Assembly: GCA_964610875.1 (NCBI GenBank)
Contig: CAZSWP010000032.1
Span: forward strand, 1-45,218
DNA from: an uncultured archaeon
Lineage (GTDB): Archaea; Asgardarchaeota; Thorarchaeia; Thorarchaeales; Thorarchaeaceae
Direction: 5' to 3'
Length of the DNA stretch: 45,218 nt
Below, in pieces: positions 25,491 to 35,361 of this stretch. Within the stretch, counting starts at the first letter, position 1. Every line of letters starts with the position of its first letter. The translations under genes and the position numbers were made by a program. A model generated the notes under the pieces. The model saw nothing but the letters and a program-made list of their open reading frames with translations. It was not told the origin of the DNA and did no database searches.

Positions 25491-26723
25491 ATGTTAGATG
25501 TTAGAGAGGATTTTCCAGTTCTTAAACGGGTGATTAATGGAAAACCATTGGTCTACCTTGATAGTGCATGTATGGCGTTGAAACCAAAACAAGTCATTGA
25601 AGCTATGAATGAATATTATGAACAGTTTCCTGCATGTGGTGGCCGCAGTATCCACAAATTGGGTGAGGAGGCTTCAAATGCATATACGAAAGCGCGTGAA
25701 AAGTTTGCACGTTTCATTAATGCATCTGAAATGGAAGAATGTATTTGGACTCGAAACGCAACTGAATCAATAAACATTGTTGCAAATTGTGTAAAACTAC
25801 CAAAGGGCTCGAAAATAATCACTACTTCTCTAGAACATCATAGTGGTTCTCTGCCATTTGTAGAACGCGCAAAACGTGATGGTCTGAAAATCGAGATTGT
25901 CAAAGCACAAGAAGATGGCACGTTTGACTTGGAAGACTGGAAAAAAGCTATCGATAATTCCACAAAATTGGTTTCTGTCGTGCACTCGTCTAATGTGACT
26001 GGAACTGTTGCACCAATCAAAGAGATTATTGAAATCGCTCATGACCACGGAGCGTTGGTCTTGTCAGATGATGCACAATATGCACCTCATCATCCGCTCG
26101 ATGTACAGGACACGGATGTTGATTTTTCTGCTATTTCAGTACACAAGATGTGTGGCCCCTCAGGTATGGGTCTCTTATATGGCAAAATGGATTATCTCAA
26201 AGCGATGGATATGTTTCTGACTGGTGGAGACACTGTAGCTGACGTCAAGTTTATCAATGGCAGAATAGAACCTGAATATCTTCCACCCCCTGAGAAGTTT
26301 GAGGCTGGTCTGCAAAACTATGCTGGTGCTATTGGTGCCGGTGCTGCTGCAGAATACCTACAATCTCTTGGGATGCACAAGATCCAGAAACATGAACGGT
26401 CACTCCTTTCTAAGGCTTTGAAAGGATTACAAGAACATGAACAAATCAGGATAATCGGGACTGACAATATAGACATCAAGACAGGTCTGTGTACCTTCAC
26501 TGTTGGTACTGTGGACTCCGCTCATGACGTAGCCACCTTCCTGAATGATGAATTCTCTGTGATGGTGAGGTCTGGTGCACATTGTGTTCACCCTTATCAC
26601 TATCAACTCGGTATTCCTATATCTAAAGGAAGTGTGAGGGCTAGTTTCTATCTCTACAACAACTCGGAAGATGTGGAAACCTTCCTTGAAGGAATCAACC
26701 AACTCATAGAGGCAAGTGGTTAG
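25491..26723 (+). CDS. sufS: Cysteine desulfurase (SufS/CsdA group II)
   Basis: VYLDSA, EHHS, SNVTG, D.AQ, SVHKMCGP (PLP Lys), RSGAHC. Confidence 0.9.
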   Translation: MLDVREDFPVLKRVINGKPLVYLDSACMALKPKQVIEAMNEYYEQFPACGGRSIHKLGEEASNAYTKAREKFARFINASEMEECIWTRNATESINIVANCVKLPKGSKIITTSLEHHSGSLPFVERAKRDGLKIEIVKAQEDGTFDLEDWKKAIDNSTKLVSVVHSSNVTGTVAPIKEIIEIAHDHGALVLSDDAQYAPHHPLDVQDTDVDFSAISVHKMCGPSGMGLLYGKMDYLKAMDMFLTGGDTVADVKFINGRIEPEYLPPPEKFEAGLQNYAGAIGAGAAAEYLQSLGMHKIQKHERSLLSKALKGLQEHEQIRIIGTDNIDIKTGLCTFTVGTVDSAHDVATFLNDEFSVMVRSGAHCVHPYHYQLGIPISKGSVRASFYLYNNSEDVETFLEGINQLIEASG

Positions 26724-28498
26724 TCCAAGAGGTCTTGGACGGCTGCCTTCTTTCTTTCAATCTCCTTTTCTGGGTCTGCAAATTTCAGGCCACTGGCACT
26801 AAGATCTAGAGAGTCTCTATACTTCCTGACTCTCCCATTAATGACCACATAGCTTCCCATTATTGAGTCTACAGCCTGAGCTATCGGTGCTTTCTCGTCA
26901 CCAGTTTCTTCAATTAGCTTCTGGGCTTCATCAGCAGACATTCCAAGTAAGAGCTCACCAGCTTCTCCAAACAGGGTGGTACGGATAGAACCGGTGCCGT
27001 CATCAATGGTCACTTTGTACAACATACGATACTGAGGTTTCTTTACAGGTCCACATTGTGGGCAAGCAAACTTTCCTTTCTCGGTTTCTTGTACCTTTTT
27101 CATACATTCCGGACAAGATGGATATACTGGTGCGGTTTGACCTACCTGTACAACAAAACCACAGATTTCAACATTGGTGTTCGCACTATCTTTGTCGATA
27201 TCTGTAATAAAAACACGTCCTGCTTTTGTCTTAGGTGCTGTGGATACGTCTGATAACTTAATCTGTGCAATCTCTGATTCTACATCCTTTGGATTAATCT
27301 CGATTTCTGCACGATTTCCAACACCAAATTCAATATCATCCCGGAATCCTTTCTTGACATAACCATGAAGGACTCTAATCAGGTCGCCTTCCTTCAAGTC
27401 TTTTATTTTATCGACATCATCGTGCCAAAATGCCAGTCTTACTGTCTGTCCTGACTCATCAGTCACAATAATATTTTGAACACGTCCTTGTGTGCCTTCT
27501 CGTTCAAAAGTTGTCACGTCAAATATCTTGACCACTTTTCCTTCGAGGTCAACATCCCTCATACCTATTTCCATTTGATCGATGGTCTTTCTACCAAGAG
27601 GTTTTGCTGTAACACCACTCTCAACTTCTACCGCATCCAAATCTACCTTCAGGTCTCTTTCAATCTGTGTTGAGCGTCCACCATGAACTTCTAATTCTCC
27701 ACCCCTGCCCTTTTTGGTATATACGCCTGTTATAGAAATAATCTCACCTGGTTCAGCATCTTGCATCTCTTCTGCCTGATCGTCCCAGAAGACAAGTCGT
27801 GTACTTGCTGTATCATCTGCAACAATCATGCTGACTACTTTACCCTCTGAATCATCACTCTTTCTTGTGAAGGTTGATAAAGGAAATACACGATCAACTT
27901 TGACGGTAAGTGAAACATCATAGACATCAGGCTTCAGCTCGTCAATTTTCATCGATTCGGTTGCCTTGAAATCAATACCGATCTCTTCTATCTCATAATC
28001 TTCCAGAACACGAATAGCCCCCATTCTACCTAGATTCAATTCAAGAACATCACGTAATCCGCGCTTTACGTACGCGCCACGTATCTGAATCACACTGCCA
28101 ATGTCAATAGCATCTTCTGATACTGCACGGGTCATATCATCCCAGAGTGCTACCCGAATGCTACCCGAGTCATCGATCACAATAATACTGGCGACTTTTC
28201 CTTCTCCACCATCTTTTCTTGAAAAGGTCCGTACTGGACTTATGTTGGCAACCTTGGCAGTCAGAATCACATTACGTGTACTCTCTGTTATATCAGAGAT
28301 TTTGAGCCGTGATTTTGGAGCGACTTGATGCAAATCTATTCCTAATTCACGAGCAACAATCATTGCTGCTGATTCTTCATTTACAACATCTGGTCCTAAT
28401 TCCTGACGTTTCTCCTCAATCATCTTCAATACGTCATTTCTTTCGTATTTTGGGAGGTTCTTGAGAATGAGCTGTATAGTTTCCTCCAATGAGAGCAT
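26720..28498 (-). CDS. rpa: Replication protein A large subunit (helical N-terminus, 4 OB folds, Zn finger)
   Basis: Repeated D.SG.IR..LWDD OB motifs; CPECMKKV...CPQC in the last OB fold. Confidence 0.9.
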   Translation of the reverse strand: MLSLEETIQLILKNLPKYERNDVLKMIEEKRQELGPDVVNEESAAMIVARELGIDLHQVAPKSRLKISDITESTRNVILTAKVANISPVRTFSRKDGGEGKVASIIVIDDSGSIRVALWDDMTRAVSEDAIDIGSVIQIRGAYVKRGLRDVLELNLGRMGAIRVLEDYEIEEIGIDFKATESMKIDELKPDVYDVSLTVKVDRVFPLSTFTRKSDDSEGKVVSMIVADDTASTRLVFWDDQAEEMQDAEPGEIISITGVYTKKGRGGELEVHGGRSTQIERDLKVDLDAVEVESGVTAKPLGRKTIDQMEIGMRDVDLEGKVVKIFDVTTFEREGTQGRVQNIIVTDESGQTVRLAFWHDDVDKIKDLKEGDLIRVLHGYVKKGFRDDIEFGVGNRAEIEINPKDVESEIAQIKLSDVSTAPKTKAGRVFITDIDKDSANTNVEICGFVVQVGQTAPVYPSCPECMKKVQETEKGKFACPQCGPVKKPQYRMLYKVTIDDGTGSIRTTLFGEAGELLLGMSADEAQKLIEETGDEKAPIAQAVDSIMGSYVVINGRVRKYRDSLDLSASGLKFADPEKEIERKKAAVQDLLD

Positions 28499-28660
28499 AT
28501 TAGTACCCTTCCTCACAGCCTTATTGGCTTCATCATTTCTTTCTGTTCAAAGCGCTTTAAAGTACTATCTCTGAATGCACGAGCTATATAGCGCTTATTT
28601 TTTCACCTTGGGACAAGCTCATAACTAAATAGATACCATCATAAAATTAGTTGGTTTGCT

Positions 28661-31600
28661 GTGAAAGACTCGAAACCCAGTTTGCCGATACATAGTAAGA
28701 ACTATGGTCTATATTTCGAATCATTAACCAAAGAAGTTGATAAGATATACACTGTAGCCGAGGAAGCGAGAGCAAAAGGATTCGATCCTGAGACCCATGT
28801 GGAGATACCACAGGCACATGATGTGGCGGGACGTGTAGAAGCTACTCTTCAAGGGCCTAGAGGTGTGGCAAAACGAATAAGAGAACTTCAAGAGGAAATG
28901 ACCCGAGAAGAAGTCGCTTTTCAGGTGGCAAAAGAAATAGCTCTTGGTGAACTTGGAGAGTTTGATGATGAAGAGAAACGAGCTGATAAAGCAGTACGAG
29001 TCGCACTAGCAATATTGACCGAGAGTATAACAGCTGCCCCCATAGAAGGGATATCAAAAGTCATGATTCGAGGCTCTGATAGGAATCGCTATCTTGCCCT
29101 GTATCTTGCTGGTCCAATACGAGCTGCAGGTGGTACTGAAGCAGCAGTGACAGTGCTAGTTGCAGACTATGTACGACAAGTTCTTGGACTCCCAAAGTTG
29201 AAAAGCACTGAGGAAGAAGTTGAGCGAGCCCTTGAAGAAGTCGAACTCTACGCTCGTAATGTACATCTCCAATATCCTGTCCAGCCCGAGCTTGTGAGGT
29301 TTGCGGCTTCACATTTACCAATCATGTTGACAGGCGATCCGACTGAGGAATTCGAAGTATCTGCGGGAAGAGATTTAGATAGAATAGAAACAAACCGCGT
29401 TCGAAGTGGCTCAGTATTAGTCCTGAATGATGGTGTTGTTGGTCGTGCTGCAAAGCTTGCCAAGATTGTTCATCGCGTTGATATTCCCGGATGGGAATGG
29501 CTGGACGAAATCACTGCAAAGACATCCAAAGCAAAAGCATCACAGGACATTGAGGAGAAAAAGAAGCTCTCACCAAAATATGACTATTTAGCCGATGTAA
29601 TTGGTGGACGACCTGTATTTGCACATCCACAGCGTCGAGGAGGTTTTAGACTTAGGTATGGGCGTTCACGTAATACTGGCCTTGCGGGTGTTGGTATTCA
29701 TCCCGCAACAATGGTTCTTGTCGAGGAATTTCTCGCACCAGGTACTCATATTCGGACCGAAAGACCTGGAAAAGGTTCTATTGTAGCACCTGTTGACTCA
29801 ATAGAGGGACCTATTGTTTTACTTCAAGACGGTAGTGTTGTTCATGTCAGAACATATGACGAAGCAAGAACTTTGCAAGGAAAAGTTAGTACCATTTTGT
29901 ATCTCGGTGATATTCTAGTTGCTCTGGGAGAGTTCCTAGAGAATAATCACCCTCTGGTCCCCTCTGGTTATTGTGAAGAATGGTGGTCACATGATCTCGA
30001 ACAAGCATGTGCAAAACTGAGTACCGAGCAGTTGAAAGAAAGACTGAAGAACTCGAGCCTAACTCCTGAAGAGCTGAATGGGTTCATTCAGTCACCATTA
30101 TCACGTATTCCTTCTCCGAATAATGCAGTTCATCTTGCAGAGCAACTTCAAATTCCTTTACATCCCCACTATCTATACCGTTGGTCTGCTCTGACAATCA
30201 AAGAACTGAAACAGTTAAGGACTTGGATCTTAAAAGCAAAAAGAAAGGACTTTGATGGTGCTGAATTACTCAATTTACCTCTGAATGAGAAGAAGAAGGC
30301 ACTTCTTGAGAAAATGGGATTTCCACATCTTGTAAGTGGAAAACGAATTATTCTCTCTGATTCTCCATTAACGATACTTGCACAACTAGGAGAAAAGAGT
30401 GCAAAACCCAAGGGGCAGACCCCCCTTGAAATATTGAATTCGGTGTCTCATGCAAAATTAAAAGACAAGTTAGGGTTTCCAATTGGCGCACGAATGGGAC
30501 GTCCAGAAAAAGCTGAGATTAGAAAGATGCGACCTCCGGTGCAGGTACTATTCCCTGTAGGACGGGCAATGGGAAGTGAACGGGGGCTTGAACGTGTGGC
30601 AAAAGGAATACAGCATGTCACAACACTCAAATCCTTTGATGAGGACAACAGTCAACCCGATATAAGCTCCTCTTTCTCTGGTGTTGAAATTGAACTTGTA
30701 AATCGGTTCTGTCAGAAATGTAACAATGGGACATTTGAATCACGCTGTCCGATTTGTGGGACTCATACGCAAGTGCAATACTGGTGTTCTCACGAAGACT
30801 GTGGATTGCCAGTTGTTGATGAGCACAGTATTTGCGAAAAGGGACATGATATCAACCTTGTTCGTGCCACGCGAAGCATTATTGTTGATATTCAAGGTTT
30901 CCTAGACCGTGTAAAAGCCGATATTGAAGAACCCAAGTCATATGATGTTCGAGGAGTTCTAGGTCTGACAAATGATATAAAAGTGCCTGAATATCTCGGA
31001 AAAGGTATTCTACGAGCAAAGCATGGAGTCTATTGCTATCGCGATGGCACAGCTCGATTTGATGCAGTGGATGCCCCATTGACTCATTTCACACCTCAAG
31101 AGATTGGGGTACCTTTTTGGCGATTACGAGAGCTCGGTTACCTCACAGACATTCATGGTGAAGAGCTCTCATCTGATGATCAAATACTCGAACTAAGAGT
31201 ACAGGATATTGTGATATCGGAAAAATGTGCAAATTATTTGGTAAACGTTGGAGGTTTTGTAGATGACTGTCTTGAGAAAATCTGTGGTTTAGATAGATAC
31301 TACAATTTCAGGGATATGGATGATGTTGTGGGTGAACTTATAATTGGTCTAGCTCCACATACCTCTGCAGGAATTATAGGACGTATCGTTGGATTTACGA
31401 ATGCTAGCGTTGGATATGCACATCCCTACTGGCATGCTGCAAAGCGACGTAATTGTGATGGCGACGAGGATGCAATAATCCTTGTTATGGATGCACTCAT
31501 TAATTTTTCAAGAGCATATCTTCCAAAAGGCCGTGGCGGATTCATGGATGCCCCCCTCGTACTTTCAGTTATCCTGAATCCTTCAGAGGTGGATGATGAG

Positions 31601-32200
31601 TGCCACAATATGGAAGTATGCTCTCGTTACCCATCAGAATTTTATAATATAGTTTCACAAGCAAAACACCCAAGGGTTGTGGAACATCTGGTTGACATCC
31701 TTGCCAATAGGCTAGAAAAGGAAATACAGTATGAGGGATTTGGTTTTACACATGGAACATCATCATTTGATATTGGTCCACTAAATTCTCGTTACAAGAC
31801 ACTTGGAAGCATGGCCGAAAAATTGGATGCGCAACTAAAACTTGCTAGTCTTATAGAATCGGTTGACGCACAGGATGTAGCAGAACGTGTTCTCTCACAC
31901 CATTTTATCAGAGACATCCGTGGAAATCTACGCGCATACTCTACTCAAAAGGTTCAGTGTCTAAAATGCCACACAGTGTACAGACGAGTCCCATTATCAG
32001 GTATATGTACATGTGGAGAAAAACTCTCTTTGACCGTTCGAGAGAAGAATATCTCAAAGTATTTTGATGTTGCACAAAATATGATAAAAGAACACAGTCT
32101 GGGTGTATATCTTCAACAACGTCTTCGAATGATTAACTGGTCTTTAGACTCTCTCTTTGTATCCCAACAGACCGTATTATCAGACTACTTTGAGGAGTGA
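28661..32200 (+). CDS. polC: DNA polymerase D large subunit DP2
   Basis: AGPIRAAGGT, GGFRLRYGRSRNTG, RMGRPEKA, catalytic HAAKRRNCDGDED, MDAPL; no intein. Confidence 0.98.
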   Translation: MKDSKPSLPIHSKNYGLYFESLTKEVDKIYTVAEEARAKGFDPETHVEIPQAHDVAGRVEATLQGPRGVAKRIRELQEEMTREEVAFQVAKEIALGELGEFDDEEKRADKAVRVALAILTESITAAPIEGISKVMIRGSDRNRYLALYLAGPIRAAGGTEAAVTVLVADYVRQVLGLPKLKSTEEEVERALEEVELYARNVHLQYPVQPELVRFAASHLPIMLTGDPTEEFEVSAGRDLDRIETNRVRSGSVLVLNDGVVGRAAKLAKIVHRVDIPGWEWLDEITAKTSKAKASQDIEEKKKLSPKYDYLADVIGGRPVFAHPQRRGGFRLRYGRSRNTGLAGVGIHPATMVLVEEFLAPGTHIRTERPGKGSIVAPVDSIEGPIVLLQDGSVVHVRTYDEARTLQGKVSTILYLGDILVALGEFLENNHPLVPSGYCEEWWSHDLEQACAKLSTEQLKERLKNSSLTPEELNGFIQSPLSRIPSPNNAVHLAEQLQIPLHPHYLYRWSALTIKELKQLRTWILKAKRKDFDGAELLNLPLNEKKKALLEKMGFPHLVSGKRIILSDSPLTILAQLGEKSAKPKGQTPLEILNSVSHAKLKDKLGFPIGARMGRPEKAEIRKMRPPVQVLFPVGRAMGSERGLERVAKGIQHVTTLKSFDEDNSQPDISSSFSGVEIELVNRFCQKCNNGTFESRCPICGTHTQVQYWCSHEDCGLPVVDEHSICEKGHDINLVRATRSIIVDIQGFLDRVKADIEEPKSYDVRGVLGLTNDIKVPEYLGKGILRAKHGVYCYRDGTARFDAVDAPLTHFTPQEIGVPFWRLRELGYLTDIHGEELSSDDQILELRVQDIVISEKCANYLVNVGGFVDDCLEKICGLDRYYNFRDMDDVVGELIIGLAPHTSAGIIGRIVGFTNASVGYAHPYWHAAKRRNCDGDEDAIILVMDALINFSRAYLPKGRGGFMDAPLVLSVILNPSEVDDECHNMEVCSRYPSEFYNIVSQAKHPRVVEHLVDILANRLEKEIQYEGFGFTHGTSSFDIGPLNSRYKTLGSMAEKLDAQLKLASLIESVDAQDVAERVLSHHFIRDIRGNLRAYSTQKVQCLKCHTVYRRVPLSGICTCGEKLSLTVREKNISKYFDVAQNMIKEHSLGVYLQQRLRMINWSLDSLFVSQQTVLSDYFEE

Positions 32201-33058
32201 TTATTTCTCTAGATGGTCTGCAGCAAGCTGTAACAGAGCTCTATCTTCAATCATGCCAATCAGTGCACCTTTTGCTGAGAGGACAGGTGCTTGATCGATG
32301 TCATTTTTTCTGAAAATCGAAACACAATCAGAAATACTAGTTACTTCGCTTACGCTAATTATCTCCTTTGTCATGATTTCTTCAATTGGTACATTTGGTA
32401 ATCTTAGAAGTTTCTTTGTGACAACCAGATAGTCTTTCGATGTCCATCCCCATTCAACATTGCTCTCTGTACCACTGAACGTTGCAGACACATTATCTTC
32501 TACGGTCACCTCAGACAGTCTAATATAATCACTAACAGAAATAACTCCATCTATGCTCCCTTCCTCATTAAGAACAACCATCGCATTCTTTCCTGACATC
32601 TCCATCATCATATATGACAATGGCAGAGGGGTTTTTCCCCATACGGATATCACCTGATTGGCCATATGATCCTTCACATTGGCAGACTTGAATTTCTCAT
32701 CATTCTCGAGAACCGCACCAAGAATGTCTGGCACAGAGATAAGACCTACAAGCTCATCATTGCTGACAACGGGAAGTCGTCGATAGTTCTTTTCAATCAT
32801 TATTGATAAGGCCGTTTTCAGACTTGTTCTTGGTGTCACAGTATCAGGGTCTCTTACCATTAGCATTGCTAATTGGTTTTCATCTGCTTTTCTAAGCAAG
32901 TCTGACCTAGTGACAATACCCACTAGTTTCTTTGTTCCTTTCTTAATGACCGGAAGTCCGTTTATCTGCTTCTCGGCCATGAGTTGTAGCACGTCTTCCC
33001 TTGTGCCAGGCACGGAAACGTAGACTGCGTCTGATTGCATACAATCCTTGACCATCAT
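32201..33058 (-). CDS. CBS-domain protein (4 CBS)
   Basis: Repeated motifs INGLPV/YRRLPV/IDQAPV and LVGIVT..DL. Confidence 0.88.
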   Translation of the reverse strand: MMVKDCMQSDAVYVSVPGTREDVLQLMAEKQINGLPVIKKGTKKLVGIVTRSDLLRKADENQLAMLMVRDPDTVTPRTSLKTALSIMIEKNYRRLPVVSNDELVGLISVPDILGAVLENDEKFKSANVKDHMANQVISVWGKTPLPLSYMMMEMSGKNAMVVLNEEGSIDGVISVSDYIRLSEVTVEDNVSATFSGTESNVEWGWTSKDYLVVTKKLLRLPNVPIEEIMTKEIISVSEVTSISDCVSIFRKNDIDQAPVLSAKGALIGMIEDRALLQLAADHLEK

Positions 33059-33247
33059 TGTTGATATACTCCGGCTTGATAGAATCTAGGTTTTCAATCT
33101 TCCTTCCATACTGACCCACTTGGAGTATTAAGTTCCAGAAATGGTTGGAACATGAATAAATCCTTCATGTACCTTTTATGTCTGCCGTTCACTATAATTG
33201 CCGTATCAATCTATATTTTCCATGGAAAATTTCTATCACGTTTGCTG

Positions 33248-33823
33248 TCACCACGGATTCTTCTTGAACCCCAGAACATAACCAACCGCATTTGAAATCC
33301 AATGTACTCCAAGAGTCACGACTATGAGTATCATTGCGTAGATTCCTTCAGGACGTAATACTGGATATGCAAAAATGAGACTCATTATGATAAAACCAAG
33401 TTGGTCTAACATTATTGATGGTCCGCCACTCTTGACATCCACTCTTCTTTTGACAAATGAACCAATAATATCGCCTACAAGTGCCCCTACTGACATTAAG
33501 AAAGCGACTGGCAATGACATGAATAGAACAATCTCCATAGTTGGTGTTACAACCAGAAACTCTTCCATCACTGGTTTAATGTAGGGTGCTGCTAGTCCCT
33601 GAAGGAGTCCTGTGAATGATCCGAAGAAGACACCAACAACAAAACCGCGTATGGTCTTTCCGTCTCCTAGAATACGATTACCATCTCTAAAAAGTCGTCC
33701 ACCATCGATAGGCCGTCCGCCTCCAAATATCACTGGTGTTGAGTTTGCCAGCCATGCAGGCAATCCCAACCACAGGGCAAGTTCTAACAGCGCGACACTT
33801 TCATACATTTGGCCTACATCCAT
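33248..33823 (-). CDS. carS: CDP-archaeol synthase
   Basis: PAWLANS.P, PIDGG...DG.RILGDGKT, GDIIGSFVKRR, LDQL, K..PW. Confidence 0.93.
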   Translation of the reverse strand: MDVGQMYESVALLELALWLGLPAWLANSTPVIFGGGRPIDGGRLFRDGNRILGDGKTIRGFVVGVFFGSFTGLLQGLAAPYIKPVMEEFLVVTPTMEIVLFMSLPVAFLMSVGALVGDIIGSFVKRRVDVKSGGPSIMLDQLGFIIMSLIFAYPVLRPEGIYAMILIVVTLGVHWISNAVGYVLGFKKNPW

Positions 33824-33847
33824 GATAGGACGATATGGATTCTAATT

Positions 33848-34549
33848 TCACTCTTTCTCCTCCGGCTTAATAGCAAGACCTCTACTTGTCTGATAGAGTA
33901 CACATCTTGGAGGATTACTCTCTGGTCTAACAAGCCTTAGTATTCTCTCACCCTGTTTCCTTCCAACGTTGATTCTGAGTACATAGTCTGACCAATAATC
34001 AAGGATATTCTCCGCCACCGGTTCAATCTCATTACTATATTTCATGCTTGCACGTACCTGATTCAAGACAAGTACAATTGCATCCCGATTTCGCGCAAAT
34101 CCTTTCAAAATGCCGGTTTGCCTGTTTAGCTCACGATGTGCAGCATAACTTGCTCTCTTATTTTCAAGAACCGTTCTATATAATCTAGTAAAAGTATCAA
34201 TTATAACTAACCGTGTTTTCTCTCGTGTGTATAGCTCAAGATCTTCAAAAATCTCACCTTGTTCTTTGAAAGCCCTGGGGGCCATGAACTTGATTTTGGG
34301 GTCAATATGTTGAATGTCAATACCACTAATTTGTTGGTACCGTTCCAATGGTGATTCCCCCTCAGAATTGATGTAAGTGACCTGATAGTCAAGGCGTACT
34401 GCAGCACTTGCAAATTGCAGTGCCAATGTGGTTTTTCCTGAAGCAGCTTCACCATACACATGCGTCAAAAGTCCACTCTTCAATCCGCCACCAAGTAATC
34501 TATCAAGGACGGACACACCCGACGGAAGAATCAAATTTATGACCACCAT
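33848..34549 (-). CDS. radB: RadB-like RecA/Rad51 paralogue
   Basis: LDRLLGGG, YGEAASGKT, VIIDT, LNQV; no N-terminal RadA domain; start likely 34549 or 34534. Confidence 0.8.
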   Translation of the reverse strand: MVVINLILPSGVSVLDRLLGGGLKSGLLTHVYGEAASGKTTLALQFASAAVRLDYQVTYINSEGESPLERYQQISGIDIQHIDPKIKFMAPRAFKEQGEIFEDLELYTREKTRLVIIDTFTRLYRTVLENKRASYAAHRELNRQTGILKGFARNRDAIVLVLNQVRASMKYSNEIEPVAENILDYWSDYVLRINVGRKQGERILRLVRPESNPPRCVLYQTSRGLAIKPEEKE

Positions 34550-34600
34550 GCCGCTATTGACACTATTGTGTGATAAAGATAACCTAGAAGGACCTTTCAT

Positions 34601-35359
34601 ATGCCAAGATGCGATGTGGCTATTGCCACCAGAAATCCAAAGGCGTACTATGTACTTACTAACCTCATAAGAAGAATGAAACTGAGGTTCTGTAGTTGTG
34701 CTCCTGGTGAAGATCAATGTTTTACAGCAAAAGTAGTAGTCACAACAACAGCTGAAGCTGATGAAATAAACAGAAATAATGTGATAATGGTCGATGAACA
34801 TCCTGACAGATTGAAGGCTGAGATAGCAATTATGGCACAATACCTGCGGGTGGAAATACCTTCTCAGGTCATCATTGGTATTGACCCAGGATTTCGAAAT
34901 GGATTGGCTCTTTTGGTTGACGGGAACATACTTTTGACACGAACAGTTGTTTCTCCCATAAAAGTTGTTGAATTAACATTGGAGTTTCTTGAGATTCTAA
35001 ACAAGATGTTTCCAGATATTCCTAGTATTGTACGCATTGGGGATGGGTCAAGACTATACATGATTCTCTTACTTAGGGGATTTGATAGACGAAATACTGA
35101 GGTTCACATTGAGCTGGTAGATGAAAAGAACACAACTGTTCCGCGTGGATATGAAACAAATGAATCCTCTGCAGTACTTATCGCTATGCGACTTGGACGT
35201 GAACCACTCCCTTCAGATAATAACATAGAACTAAAAGCTGGAAACATTCTTACAATCCAGCAACTCTATAAAAGAATCAGTGAAGATGGTAATGAACTAG
35301 GTTTTGATGAAGCGAAAGCAATACTCCAGGGCACAATTGATCTTGAGAATGTCCTATAG
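34601..35359 (+). CDS. Hypothetical protein with RNase H-like (YqgF/RuvC-like) domain
   Basis: IIGIDPG..NGLA, RIGDG and LVDEKNTT motifs. Confidence 0.65.
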   Translation: MPRCDVAIATRNPKAYYVLTNLIRRMKLRFCSCAPGEDQCFTAKVVVTTTAEADEINRNNVIMVDEHPDRLKAEIAIMAQYLRVEIPSQVIIGIDPGFRNGLALLVDGNILLTRTVVSPIKVVELTLEFLEILNKMFPDIPSIVRIGDGSRLYMILLLRGFDRRNTEVHIELVDEKNTTVPRGYETNESSAVLIAMRLGREPLPSDNNIELKAGNILTIQQLYKRISEDGNELGFDEAKAILQGTIDLENVL

Positions 35360-35361
35360 TT

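Noticed and set aside
31430-31475. Intein at the PolD DP2 catalytic motif
   Set aside because: HAAKRRNCDGDED is uninterrupted and the protein length is normal
34550-34840. Long N-terminal extensions in the ORF track (radB; also 7908, 8547, 19223, 19698, 24998, 25443)
   Set aside because: They overlap neighbouring genes or UTRs; downstream starts match family N-termini and mostly have SD motifs
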